DNA of 64,000 bases from Eledone cirrhosa. Its lineage: Eukaryota. Location of the stretch: the NCBI GenBank assembly GCA_964016885.1, contig OZ024750.1:49848001-49912000 (forward strand), written 5' to 3'. The translations under genes and the position numbers were made by a program. Each line of letters starts with the position of its first letter. The first letter of the stretch is position 1. The notes beneath the pieces were generated by a model that saw only the letters and a list, made by a program, of their open reading frames with translations, did no database searches and was not told the DNA's origin. Below are positions 27,540 to 40,494 of this stretch, piece after piece.

Positions 27540-29660
27540 ATCTATCTTTTCTTTATCAAGGACGAATTCCCCAACGCGGGCGGTGGTTTGTACTATGACG
27601 ATGTTCTTTTGACCATGACTAACTGCGGACCTCGTGCTTGCGACAGGTTCAGAAAATAACTTACAGCCTTCTTTAAAGGCTTCATCCTCTCTATACAGGT
27701 TGAGGCCAATCTTTCTGTCGTTAATTACCTCGACGTTACCCTCAATTTATTGAATGGGTTGTATTACCCGTATAGAAAGCCGAATGATACCCTTAATTAC
27801 ATAAGTAAGCATTCCAAACATCCTGCCAGCATAACCAAGAACCTGGTAAGAAACGTTTCGTTGAGGCTTTCCCGTATTTCCACCAACGAGCGTATTTTCA
27901 ACGACCATTTCACTTATTACAAAGAAGCTCTTGTTCGAAGTGGATTTGTCGATAAGGTAGCATATACAGAGTACGAAAATAGACCTAGAAGAAATAGATC
28001 CCGTCGCATTTGTTGGTATAACCCACCATATAATATGGAGGTGGCCACACCATTAGCTAAGATCTTTCTTTCCCTTATTACGAAGCATTTTCCCCCTACA
28101 CATAAATATAGTAAAATCTTTAATAGAAATACTATTAAAATGTCTTACTCTACGACTCCTAACCTTGCACATAACATCACAGCTTCAAATTTAGCTAAAC
28201 TACCTAGCCGTAGGAGCACGTGCAACCCTGTAGTTAGTACTAACTGTAATTGTAGGAATCGGGTTGATTGCATCCTATCCGGGAAATGCCTCTCTAGTAA
28301 CATTGTCTACAAATGTAAGGTTGTAACACCCACGTCCCGTAGGGCCTACATAGTGTTAACCGCCAATAGATTCAATCAGCGTATTTACATGCATACCCAT
28401 TCTTTTCGTTACCCTCTAAGAAGAAATATGACGTCACTTTCAGCTTATATCTGGAGTCTAAAAGACAACCACAGCCAGTACAACTTACACTGGGAGATCC
28501 TAGCTAGGGCTAGATCGTATAACGGAAATAAAAGACCATGTGACCTCTGCGCCGCTGAGGCTCTGGAAATATTCTACGCCACAGACCACATCTTAAACAA
28601 AAAATCTGAGGCAATTTCGGCTTGTAAACATAAATTGCACAACACTTTCCTGTATTACAGCCTAACGGATAGTACGATCTATACGTGGATATTTTACGTC
28701 TTGATGTGGGAGGTAAGTATATGTTTTGTTTATACCATTACTTATTTGCATAGGTACGTATATATTGCCCGTATGTTTTGTGAAGGTACGTATACCTTCT
28801 CGTACGTATATTTGATTGTTTTTGTTATGGCGTATAATTTTATATATTCTGGTACATATAGTTTGGCTATGTGTATACGGGAGTGTTGCGTCTGCGTGAG
28901 TATGCAGGTTCGTACGTATGGAGGGTGTGTGTATATGTGTACTTCATGTTTTGGTTGACTTACGTCTCCGAACAGTCGTGTATTTACAGGTAGGTATGTG
29001 TGTGCGCTTGTTAAATACGTATTTATTTATATACGTTTATATAATTATTTATTTATTTGTATACACGCATACACACACACACATATTTATATGTGCGTGG
29101 TTTTGTATACCAATGGTAAGTGTTTTGCATATGCTTGTGTATGTACGTATTTGTTTGCGTATATGTATTTATTTATTTCTATTACTTCTGTATTGTATTT
29201 ATTTACTTTGTTCTTAACTCTGTAGCGGAGATTCATTCGGTCTCCTAGTTAGAAATTTAGTCTACGACTTCTGCTATACCATTTACATGGTTTTGTCTGT
29301 GCGTGCTATTGTTCTCCACGCTCCACATATGACGTATTATCTTCGTTTTTTTTTCGTTCATTGCCAGAGAACGTCTCTATGCACCACCTAAGAGAACATT
29401 AGTCTACGATCTCTTTTATACCATAAACGTGGTTCTGTCTTTGTGCGTAATTGTTTTTCACCGCTCCTATTAATGACGTATTATATTCGTTTTTTCCCGT
29501 TCTTTGCCAGCGAACGTTTCCACGAACCAAAGTATCGTCTTCCTGTCTTCCTCCGGTTGCAAAGTTTTTTGAAATATCCACTTCTGCGTTTACAGATTGA
29601 CTTTGTTAGTTTCAGAAGATCCCGTTAAGGGTGAAAGCACCCTACGACTACACCATGAGT
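27540..29660 (+). mobile_element. 5'-truncated PLE (RT C-terminus, GIY-YIG, 3' region)
   Basis: GGGLYYDDVL (YxDD), VNYLDVTLNL, YRKPND..SKHP, then the endonuclease region. Confidence 0.9.
27750..28680 (+). pseudogene. PLE RT thumb, Cys linker and GIY-YIG endonuclease remnant (5' part of ORF 27750-28958)
   Basis: WYNPPY, CNCR..CILSGKCL, IVY..AYIVLT..R..H, CDLC..E, LNKKSE..CKH; the ORF after about 28680 reads through microsatellite-like DNA. Confidence 0.85.
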
Positions 29661-30333
29661 TACGTGTCAATTTTGCCTTACATCCATTCGAGGTCGATAC
29701 AAAATCGATTCTTCCTCTATATCCTTTTCTCACATCCTTTTTCTCACGCTCTCTATCTTTCTCAGGAAGAAATCTACTGTATTCAGACCTGGAGAGGAGA
29801 TGAGCTACGCCAGGTTTAAAAAATACCATAGAAACGCCGTATTGAGATAGGGTGTACTTACGACTGACTCCTTTTGGAGTTACACAACCAAACATGCATT
29901 CAATAGATAACATAAATTGAGATTTTCATAGATGCAACCACCTAACACAGTTTAATGCGTCCCACTTTTGTTGGTAAACATGTAAGATACGTTGCTGATG
30001 ATGTTATTTTTACAGTTGTTGTTCTGCTGCAACTGCTGCTGCTGCTGCTGTTGCTATTGTCGCTGTTATTATTTTTTTGTTGTTCTGCTGTTATTCTTTT
30101 TATTTTTGTTGTTGCTGATACAGCTACCGATGTTGCTGTTGTTGTCATCGACATCGTCTTCCCCATCCTGATTTAGCCCCAGCTCAGCCTTGACTGACCA
30201 AACTTACCAACATACGAATTGCAGCCAGACTCATCACACAATTCGTGCACATTATAATAAAAAAAATGAATTATCCAACGGGTTTTACTCTTCTGAAGGT
30301 GATATAATGTATTGCTTAAACTTTAATCTGTTA

Positions 30334-30394
<61 letters not shown>

Positions 30395-30399
<5 letters not shown>

Positions 30400-31085
30400 G
30401 AGATCCGTTGCACTGTTTCACTCTTCATCCTTAACCCATCTGAAGAAGGATATTTTTAACCGATGTGTACATCTTATCGCTGTTTCAGCGAGCTCATCAA
30501 CAGCAGAGCTGAAACAGCGATTAGCACCGGATCTCCCTGCAACAAGTATTAACACCTCGGCGGCAGGCGCTGCAAAATAATACCCAGGAAACTAACCTTG
30601 CATACCAGACCCAGCCTCAAACGACTCAGACAAACAGATGCGGTTAACAAACGTCTAAAAATAACCGTTGGTTACATGATCCTGTTCGTATCGACAATGG
30701 TAAGGTTGTAACCTCATCTTATAGCGGATAAAAATTTGTCCGGGAAAGACTGCCCTAACACCGGCCAGAGTTACCTCCCTTGACCTGCTGCAAAATCATA
30801 ACGAGATATTTTTGCGAGCAATAAACCTTGACGTGAATTTAACCCCCAAAACTATTTCCGAGCAATGTAAGGAAGACTTTTGGTTATTTATGCCCTTGAG
30901 AAGCACAACTGGGCGAAACGTACATAGGTGCTGTTTTAAATAAAGATGTTTTAACTGTCTATTCTCCGATTTCTTACTTTCCCACGTGATTACGCTCTGC
31001 TAACTCTCTAGCCCACTAAACATTAAGACTTCGAATATTTAATACTGCCGGCACTAGTATCGAGCACCTTTGTCATACGCTACTT
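30395..31085 (+). mobile_element. pLTR copy of the 26407 PLE with inverted 5' piece; U3-A8 HHR at 30892-30931
   Basis: 30540-30987 is the reverse-complement homolog of 26407-26830; gccc-UUGAGAA-gcac aact gggc-GAAAC-gtac-AUA-ggtgc. Confidence 0.8.
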
Positions 31086-31145
31086 GGCAAATAACTATAT
31101 GTATCACCTATCCTCCCCTTTCTTTTCTCTCTCTCGACGTAAATA

Positions 31146-31204
<59 letters not shown>

Positions 31205-31342
31205 TTGTGTGTGTGTGTGTAGGAGGTGAGTTTTATTGTAGCACAATAAAGCAACGCAAATATCGAATAAGTAGCACTCAACAGTTTATAGGACTTGAGT
31301 ATAAATAATATAAGATCAAAAGATGGTTAAAAGAGTTCCATG

Positions 31343-31413
31343 TATTTTATTATGCGCATTTAAAAAACAAGTAGCATCATGGGATGATATTTGCATTCTC
31401 ATCAGATAAAATA
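31343..31413 (-). ncRNA. Type I HHR (G12 mutated)
   Basis: tattttat-CUGAUGA-stem II-UAAA-tgcgc-AUA-ataaaata; palindromic stem III atgcgcat. Confidence 0.6.
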
Positions 31414-31483
31414 GGGAGACATGATATGAAGCTTAAAAACACTCTGCTCGCAAGTGTTTTTTAAGCTTCATATTTTGTCTCCC

Positions 31484-31554
31484 TATTTTACCTGATGAAA
31501 ACGCAAATATCATCCCGTGATGATAATTGTTTTTGAAATACGCATAATAAAATA
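31484..31554 (+). ncRNA. Type I HHR
   Basis: tattttac-CUGAUGA-aaac..tatcat cccg tgatgata..gtttt-GAAAU-acgc-AUA-ataaaata. Confidence 0.75.
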
Positions 31555-31599
31555 CATGGAAATCTTTTAACCATCTTTTGATCGTATATTATATACATC

Positions 31600-31880
31600 G
31601 GTCCCGAATGATCATGATATTTTCACCCAGAAAGTTTCCCTCCAAGGCACAAGTCCGGGCAAGGTTGTTCGTGGAAGACCAGCAGTCACCCAAGGATACC
31701 AGTCTTCCTTGTTGTCCAAATGAATGGCAAATGCCGATACAGCTAGGCAGTCATTTATACAGCTGAGTAAACTGGAACAACGTGAATATAAAATGCCTTG
31801 CTCAAGAACACAACGCAAAGCCCAATCCGACAATCGAACTCACAACCTCCTGATTCTGACGCTGTAACCAGTAGGATATG
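31600..31880 (-). mobile_element. tRNA-derived SINE (second family)
   Basis: Minus strand gaggttgtgagttcgatt (B-box) followed by gtgttcttgagcaaggca..ccagtttactcagctg core. Confidence 0.65.
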
Positions 31881-31883
31881 GGA

Positions 31884-32009
<126 letters not shown>

Positions 32010-33769
32010 ATGTGTGTGTTTGATGGTGTGTATGTGTGTGTGTTTGGGTGTCTACATGCATAAGCATGAATTTGTGCATAAGTGTATGAATGTTTGTGTA
32101 TGCGAATCTGTATGCAAATAATACAAATGCGAATCAAGTTCCATAACTACATTTAAATGTTAACCTAGCCGATAACAATGTTGTAAAAGGGACTAACATG
32201 GTAATTTTAACAAAAACAAAAAAAAAACGCAATAGTTCAACGCAAAATGTAATAAATCGAAAATAAGAATGAAAATATAAAAATATATCTAATGAGTTGT
32301 ATTAACAGAGCAAGTAGTATTGAAGGCATTGAGAGACACATGAAGCAATTTAAGCATTAATTAATGACATTAGGGACTTGTAGAATCCCAACATCTCATT
32401 TTAAGACAACTGGTTAATGTTTTTTTTTTATTGATGTTTATAATTTTACTTTGTTTCCATTCATAGTTTTCGTTTGGTTTCAGTCATAGATTTGATAATT
32501 GTTCCTGATTATTGATTTCATTGAAATTATTTTTCTTTTCTTTGCCGTTTTTTTAGAGATTTTATTATTGAAATGTTCATGTTTGTATTAAATGAAAACA
32601 AATAACGAGCCATCTTAAATCTTAATTTTGGGGATATTTACCAACCCCCTTTAAGTCATTCGTTTCGGATTTAATTACTTCGTGTGGCATTTATCCTCGC
32701 CTTTCACAGGTAAAGTCACTCAACATGATTAATTATTTCGCTACTTGCATTTAAGTTAAAACTTCATTTTTTTTAAATCGTACTCTTGAAAATTGTTACC
32801 GATTAGGTTATTCGTCAATTAACATGTTTCCTCCATTATGAACATTTTTCATTTTCTCTTTTTTAGCTTGACTATATATAGAGAGAGATAGAGAGACGGT
32901 TTTATTTGTAAATATTCATTTTATTGTCTAATTCATTATACGTATTTCAAAGATGCAAAGTTAGTTATATAATAACCACTTTACACGTTTTCTTCAGATG
33001 AATTGGGATGTATTTGTCTGTTCATTGATATGCTACTGGTTTAACGTGTTGTTAACTTCACTGTCCAATACTCATATGAATAGTTTCTTATCTTAGCAGT
33101 TCTATTTGGAGTGAGAGACAGTAAAGTTGATGATTGTAAGCTGGCTAAGGTACCAAATTTGCAGAAGGGTCAATTGTTTCTTAGAATGGCTGTTTGAAAG
33201 CAGTTGACTTTTTTTCTGGACTTAATTATACGTACTTAGATTTCAATGTTAGGCATTAGTACTTTAATTGTTAGGTTACATCGTCTCTATTTATTTATGT
33301 ATGGTTTATTAATTAGTTAATGGTCTATTTTATATTACTTATGGAAGTTTTAACTATATATTCTGCGGAATGTCTTATATAATATATGTAAGCATGTATT
33401 AAATATATCGGAGTTTTAATAAGATTGAGCCGACTATTTATGATATGTAATGTCTGAGTGGTACAGGGGTCACATCTGGAATATGTAGACCCGTTTATAT
33501 AAAGAAAATCAAATAAATGTTTAGAAAAGAAAGAGAGTATTGTACGATGAGGTTAACGACAAGTTAAACCATATCAATGGATTTATCTGAAGAAAATGGT
33601 CATTCGGTGATGCAACGCATACCAGATAATTATTAACATCTGCAATGGTAATAATCTCGGTGATAGAGTTGTGGAGGTGGGATCAAATAGAGTTGAAGGT
33701 AAAGTTGAAGAAATAAAATAAAAAATGTCATAAAAATAAAATAAAATAAAATAAAATAAAATCTGGCGT

Positions 33770-35640
33770 TGGGTCTTGTCCTTAATTACTAATTGTGATG
33801 TTGTTGCTATTCCACTTATGTTATCTGTTTAGTTTTGTTTGGAGTTCGTTTATGGTTGTCGCTTCTGTAATCACTCGAAGCATTGCGTCTTTTCTGTGTA
33901 TGGATATGATCTATATTTCAATATTCTCTAATGTGCCCCATGATCCATTTTCGCATGTTGTTGGAATCCTAATGAGTTCTTCTCATCTCGGAATTCTCGC
34001 CAGTGTTCATTTATCCTTTCCCCTATGCTACCGACTGTCTCGCCTATGTAAATTGTCTTCTTATTCCTACAGTGTCCCTCAGTACATTTTTTCCTATATA
34101 TTACATTCCTAGTTTTACAGTTAGTTTCTGGGCTTATCTTGCAGATTATACATTTCATTTCTGTTAAGTGTTCTTTCAAAAATATATATTCTATTAATTT
34201 GAGGTTTTAGGGGAATATCTGTTTCTTTCAACTACATTAATATTATATTCTTGTTTGTCTAGAGCGCTTCTAAATCTGTAAACTAGTACGACTCTGGTGT
34301 TTACGTTGATGAACATTACACTCTATTATTTATTACTACCATAGGGCGGTGAATTGGCAGTATCGGTAGAGGGTCGGTAATGCTTTCAAGCATAGTTACG
34401 TCCCCTTACGATCTGAGTTAAAACCTCGCCGAGGTTAACTTTGCCTTTCATCCTTGCGGAGGTCGATAAAATAAATTACCACTAACGTACTGGGTAATTG
34501 CTGGCCTTGTGCCAAAAGTAGAAACAATTATTTATTACTACCATGATATAAGTTGATCTTATTCATTTTCTCCTTAGTTATTTCTATAAAATTCTCTAAT
34601 TGTTTAGGATTGCACATGCCAGATACATTCTACATCACTCTTACTAAGTCCGCAATTAATACGTTGGGTCTGGTATAATGCGAATGGAGGATTTTTGTTT
34701 TATATTAATGGTTTGTAGCGGGACTTCTGTTTCTAGTAAGGCAATGAATGCCTGGGGTGTTTGGCTGGGTAGTCAATGGTAACTTTGCTGAATGATCTTC
34801 TAATTCCTGACCGTTCTGCTGCAAGGGTGTTTTCAATACGATGTAGATTCCATTTACGTTGAGGGATTACAAAAGTATTCCTTAAGTCTCCTCTCCCACT
34901 ATAACTTAAATAGGTTAACTACGTCACCAACAATGCTGTCGCCAAAGGCCGCCTCGTTTCTCTTGAGCACATAATTTGCCAATGAACTTAAACAAATGTT
35001 CCTTTAGAGTTATACTTATACTGGCTCTCACAGCACATGCTATAATTTGCTGTACTTATTCATTGCTTTCGAGGGACAGTATGTGTCTAGGAGCACACGC
35101 TCCATCTTTATGTGTCGCCCTAATTGGGCATTGAGGTAATGATAGTTAATCTGTCTCTTGGGGGAAGAGGTTGCTAAGGCTGTGTGTATCTGAGTAATCA
35201 TTGTCCCGCTAAAATCTAAGTAGAAGTGCCACCTCGCTGGTATCAATCCCATGGAATTCTACTACCCTCTTGCTGATCATGCCCACGCATTTTTCCTCAG
35301 CAAAATTTGCGTCGATGGATGTGTATAGAGACGTCACCTCCATGCTGCCTACTGCAAACCCTGTCAAGTCCCCAGATAGGTTGCATTCGTTGATTCTGCA
35401 GAGTTCTTCCGTGCTACATTTGTCTGGGATATTCCCATTATGGGGCGTATGGTCATGGAGAGGAAGTAGGATTGTCGTAGTTACTGGCAACGTTCGCTCC
35501 ACAGACTGGCCATGTTAGTAGTCGGGTGACTGCGTCAATATCTGTTGTTAACGGTACGCTTATTGGGCTGGATAATGATGGACTACAGCATCATGTGAGC
35601 GTTGGAGGTTTTTTTTCCTTTCCCCGTGCTCTTGTAGTGT
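33770..35640 (-). mobile_element. Degenerate PLE (RT and GIY-YIG), interrupted by a SINE
   Basis: VGSMEVTSLYTSID (PLE RT motif A); CIIC..NCKTRNVIY..C..YIGETVGSIGERINEH; related to 12300-12690. Confidence 0.8.
34343..34532 (+). mobile_element. Full-length tRNA-derived SINE with probable TSD tttattactaccat
   Basis: ggcggtgaattggcagtatcggtag head, conserved core; tttattactaccat occurs on both sides. Confidence 0.85.
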
Positions 35641-35812
35641 TATTTCACATGTGTTGATGAGGTGGTTTGTTAGACTGTGTACTGATATCCATAGAGGTAA
35701 GGGTATTAACAAATAAATAAGTTTCTGTTAACACTATACAGGGCGTACAGGAAGGGAGCTTGAAGACAGTGACCTGGCGTGTAAAATGACGGAGAGAACC
35801 CCGTATTCATTA

Positions 35813-35893
35813 TATGTAGAAATGTCTTCTACAGGACTAGAACTGTTTCATACGAATGAAATTGTTCTAATCATGTAGAAGTCGTTTCTATAT
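35813..35893. repeat. Short fold-back with half-hammerhead
   Basis: Inverted arms, apex at 35853; minus strand GAAAC-agttcta-GUC-ctgtagaag; related piece at 36113-36165. Confidence 0.5.
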
Positions 35894-36559
35894 AAAATAA
35901 ATATAACAATGATATCATCCAAGCAATTGGAGAAATTATTCAAATATAAAGATCTAGAGATATTTATGTGTGGAGGCATCGTGTATATAAAGTGTTATTA
36001 AGGGAGGGAGTAAGGAAAGGAGGTAGGGATACATATATGTGGCTTCAAACTAGTGTGAATACAGTAAAGCCTAAATGAGCTCAGAAATGTTTAAATGAAT
36101 GAAGTATCATTTATACAGGACTGTAGAGGCGAGCGCCACTCTAGTCCTGTAGAAGCCATTTCTATATACACACACACACACACACGCACACGCGCGGGCA
36201 CATTGGAGGCCAAGTCAGGGGATATGGTCAACTGATATATATATTATCCAATCGTAATGGCTACCTCACATAGCAAGGATCTATCGTATGATTTGGGCAA
36301 ACTGCTGAAGACATGTAATGAACCTATTACGTAAACCTCTGCTGTTTTTTGCGTGAATTTAAGAACATTGCATACGTAATATCTGCATTTTGATGTTACA
36401 TTATAATACACAGAAACGACGTCGTCCAGGCGAAGAGATATTTCATTGCATCTCTACCTAAACCCCAAAAACCTATCTCCTATTAACTAAATATGTGCAC
36501 TCGGAACAGTTTATTTCAGCTGTATTAGTGCATTTCGCCACTGTATATATATATATGTA

Positions 36560-36624
<65 letters not shown>

Positions 36625-36684
36625 ATAAGAATATTTATATTTATATGTTTGATATAGCTATAGATAGGTAGGATAGTACTAAGT

Positions 36685-36994
<310 letters not shown>

Positions 36995-37047
36995 TCATAT
37001 ATAGCTAACAAATTTATCGCTCTATATGGCTGAATACAATAAATGCA

Positions 37048-37575
37048 ATCTGAGTTTTTCGAATATTAATAATATTCGATATGTTTGCAATTATGCAAAC
37101 AAGTTTCTTTTATGCCATGTCAGTAGAATGAGCCCGTCATTCTTGCCCTTGTGTTGGCGTGTAAACAGATCTGCAGACACTAATGGTCTTCGTATCACCC
37201 TTCAGCAGTTCATTATCCACATGTCAACTGTCAAAGCGATAACATTTAGTTAGTTATTGGAAACTGCCTGGCACATCTGCTGATATGCAAATAAGTCTGA
37301 TTAGCATATCTCATTGATCATACCAGTGTTCTAATATGCAAACCAGGTAGATTGCTCACTGTATATTTTAGAAAATGTCATATATTTATACTAGCTCTGA
37401 GAGTTGGCAGCTAAAGGGTGAGCTGTACCGAAAAATGAGTGTCTGCAGTTCTGTTTATATTCCAAAGCAAGAGTAAGAATGACGGTGTCATTCTACTGAC
37501 ATGGATTAAAAGAGTATTGTTTGCATAACTGCAAACGAATCGAATATTATTATTAATATTCGAAAAACTCAGATA
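37048..37575. mobile_element. Element with about 135-bp diverged terminal inverted repeats (MITE-like)
   Basis: 37048-37181 is inversely repeated at 37438-37575 around a unique 255-bp core. Confidence 0.6.
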
Positions 37576-37609
37576 ACATCTATACATATATACATATATA
37601 TATAGGGCG

Positions 37610-38120
37610 GGTAAAATCTCGAGATCCATGCACGAGTTCACTCATTATCGCTGCCATGTCCTGAGTCTCCAACAGACGAGTGTCTATCCTTGGGGCATCA
37701 ACATATGTTAACCTGGGTCTTACCCTTCCTGTGAAAATAATAAATGTTAAGACTAAAATCCGAAGAGGGCTCGATAAAGATAAATATATACCAAATTAAA
37801 GTAAAGAACCGCTGCTTTCTCCCTTAATGGGATCTTCTGAAACAAAAAGAAATCAATCTGTGGACGAACTATTTACTCAGGTTGTGGATGGGTGCTACAT
37901 GAGAATCCTGAGGATGGCTCTGAACATTAATCAGTATACACTGAGGATGAAAAATTCAGAGCTGTATGGGAGCGTCCCAAATGTAAGCTCGAGAGTAGCA
38001 CGGCGTAGATTGAGGGTAGCTGGACATACATATTCACAGACATCCAGAATTGACACTGCATTCAGTGCGCATGAGGAAGCCCCTGCATGGACACACTGGA
38101 AGAGGGAGACCGAGGTTGAC
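37610..38120. mobile_element. RTE-clade fragments in both orientations
   Basis: Plus strand VDGCYMRILRMALNI..LYG..RRRLRVAGH; minus strand GRVRPRLTYVD at 37610-37730. Confidence 0.7.
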
Positions 38121-38945
38121 ATATGGTTTTGCCTTATATATATAATGCGAATTATCTTCAATATAATATAAATAATTAAATATAATATAATAAAATTTTA
38201 TAAGAATTACCTTCGTGAGGATGAAAATATTATGTCTTCTTTCTCATGTTTGCAAATATTTTAAATATGAATTCATAAATTATGATTTTATAAATGAAAT
38301 ATGATAGGATACTTTAATATTAATACAGATATTTATAAACTTTTATAGCCTGAACTATTATACACTTTGATTAATTCATTACTCTGAACTAACTTAATTG
38401 ATTTGAAAGTTCAATCGGATACGTTTGGATAGTATATCTAAACTAATTAATAAGGAAATTAACCTTCATATAATTACACTCAGTTATATTCAGGATTTAG
38501 ATTGATGAATACTTCTAGGTAATTCAATAATTCAACGATTCGAGTTTACTCTATCGCAAAGCTATGCCCAAATGTATAGTTATGTATAGATATATATAAT
38601 TCACCCCTCCCTATAATTATTCCTCTTTATCTCTCTTTCCTTGATCAATTCTCTTTGGCTTTCTATACCTCTACTAGCTATATTTTCACGACATCTGTTT
38701 TCTCTCTGTCTTTCTTTTTTTCTTCCCTCTTTCGTAAATAATTATTTGAATCTCTAACAGTTATGTAAATTGCTGTTATGTATGTTTAAGCTTACTCACA
38801 CGTACCCGCTGTATTATATGTATTATATGCAAATTTTTCATGCCTCAATCTTAATGTATAGAAATATTGAGTTTTGTCATATCTTACTCACTAGCATGAC
38901 TGGATCTTAACCATGTACTATGTAAGGGTATGTCATGCATCATCT

Positions 38946-39012
38946 TATTTTATCTGATGAGGACGTACTCTTGAAGTTAGCTCAGTACCGCTGAAATATG
39001 TATAATAAAATA
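38946..39012 (+). ncRNA. Type I HHR
   Basis: tattttat-CUGAUGA-ggacgtact..agtaccgct-GAAAU-atgt-AUA-ataaaata; perfect 8-bp stem I. Confidence 0.8.
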
Positions 39013-39148
39013 TACTTGATCACAAGAAGTTCTATTTTTGTTAATATTTTGAATTAATATTAATCACTCTGGAAAACCAACTGTTGAGTGCTTCCAATCT
39101 ATTGTAAACCCCATTCTTTGATCTATTCATTGAACCTTGTTTAACCTT

Positions 39149-39197
<49 letters not shown>

Positions 39198-39199
39198 AT

Positions 39200-39402
39200 A
39201 ATAATATATTTGAAGACTAAAATCCAAAGCCGGCTCGATAAGGATAAATATATATCAAATATATAAGAACCGTAGAGCAAATATTTATTAAAATAACAGA
39301 TTAAAGTTTAAGCAAAGAATCGCTGCTTTCACCCTTAACGGGATCTTAAGGGTGAAAGCACCTATTCTTTGCTTAAACTTCAATCTGTTATTTTAATAAA
39401 TA
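39200..39402. mobile_element. Fold-back pLTR-like unit (family also at 29610, 30310 and 37735)
   Basis: Arms 39282-39339 and 39347-39402; ccc gttaa ggg hairpin followed by tGAAAG at the apex. Confidence 0.7.
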
Positions 39403-39506
39403 TATATATATATATATATATTTATTAAAATATATATATATATATATATAAAATATTAAACAAATAATGAACAAACAATTCCTTATATTAAACAAAAAAA
39501 GTTCAC

Positions 39507-39651
39507 TATTTAACGATCGTTTCTAGGGTATATATGTGTTATAATTGGTATGCATATTCAACAGATCTATGTACAAAATTATACAAAATTATACAAATTA
39601 TCAAGATTAAATATACATACCTAACACATATATACGCCGTCTTCAGAAATA
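39507..39651 (-). ncRNA. Type I HHR with giant stem II (inverted copy)
   Basis: Reverse complement of 39659-39803. Confidence 0.75.
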
Positions 39652-39658
39652 ATCTGAT

Positions 39659-39803
39659 TATTTCTGAAGACGGCGTATATATGTGTTAGGTATGTATATT
39701 TAATCTTGATAATTTGTATAATTTTGTATAATTTTGTACATAGATCTGTTGAATATGCATACCAATTATAACACATATATACCCTAGAAACGATCGTTAA
39801 ATA
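39659..39803 (+). ncRNA. Type I HHR with about 116-nt stem II domain
   Basis: tattt-CUGAAGA (39664-70); gtatatatgtgtta/taacacatatatac pairing; GAAAC-gatc-GUU-aaata; palindromic stem III. Confidence 0.75.
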
Positions 39804-39993
39804 GTGAACTTTTTTTGTTTAATATAAGGAATTGTTTGTTCATTATTTGTTTAATATTTTATCTTGACTCTGTATACCGTTTATCTTTCACCGAAAGTGG
39901 ATTTTCATTACATCTCTTCTTCCCATGATATCCGGAATACATTGAGTTCTTCATACGGATTGGACACTACCGTAAACTCTTGGTAGATTTATC

Positions 39994-40040
<47 letters not shown>

Positions 40041-40057
40041 TAAAATATATATATATA

Positions 40058-40095
<38 letters not shown>

Positions 40096-40162
40096 CAATG
40101 TTATATATATATATATATACAATGATATTAAACAAATGGAAACTCTATTTATAAAACCATAT

Positions 40163-40224
40163 TTATTCTATTATATATATTTCAAGGGTACCAAAATGTG
40201 GTACGCTATCATCAGATAAAATAA
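40163..40224 (-). ncRNA. Type I HHR
   Basis: ttattttat-CUGAUGA-tagcgtacca cattt tggtaccctt-GAAAU-atat-AUA-atagaataa. Confidence 0.8.
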
Positions 40225-40494
40225 GAAGTGTATCTTATAAAGTTTGACATAACCAAATTTCATGTTATCCTTGGATAGTGAAGGGAAGAGAAGAAAAGAA
40301 AAGTCAGATATTTCAAATTATTAAGATGAGTAAGCACATGAGGTTTAGGTAAAAGGGGTGAAAAAACGTTGTTTTAGTCGCTATGGAAAATTTAAATAAT
40401 TATGATGTTATTGTATGCGTAGGAAAGAAGAGAAAGGAAGAAGAGCTAGCATTTACGTTAATTTGGGATAAAATATTTATTTATCTATATTATG

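Larger units (their letters stand above)
31304..31592. mobile_element. Fold-back mini-element with two divergent HHRs
   Basis: Inverted arms of about 140 bp with apex near 31448. Confidence 0.85.
39450..39996. mobile_element. Near-perfect 410-bp palindrome plus 3' tail; carries two HHRs
   Basis: 39450-39653 mirrors 39657-39860; tail runs to (TA)n; homolog at 46716-47250. Confidence 0.9.

Noticed and set aside
32998-33150. Acceptor-ATG-donor segment resembling a signal-peptide exon
   Set aside because: All three frames contain stops; a frameshift would be required
36298-36350. CUGAAGA with atgtaat/attacgt hairpin
   Set aside because: GAAA incomplete and no valid cleavage triplet or stem I
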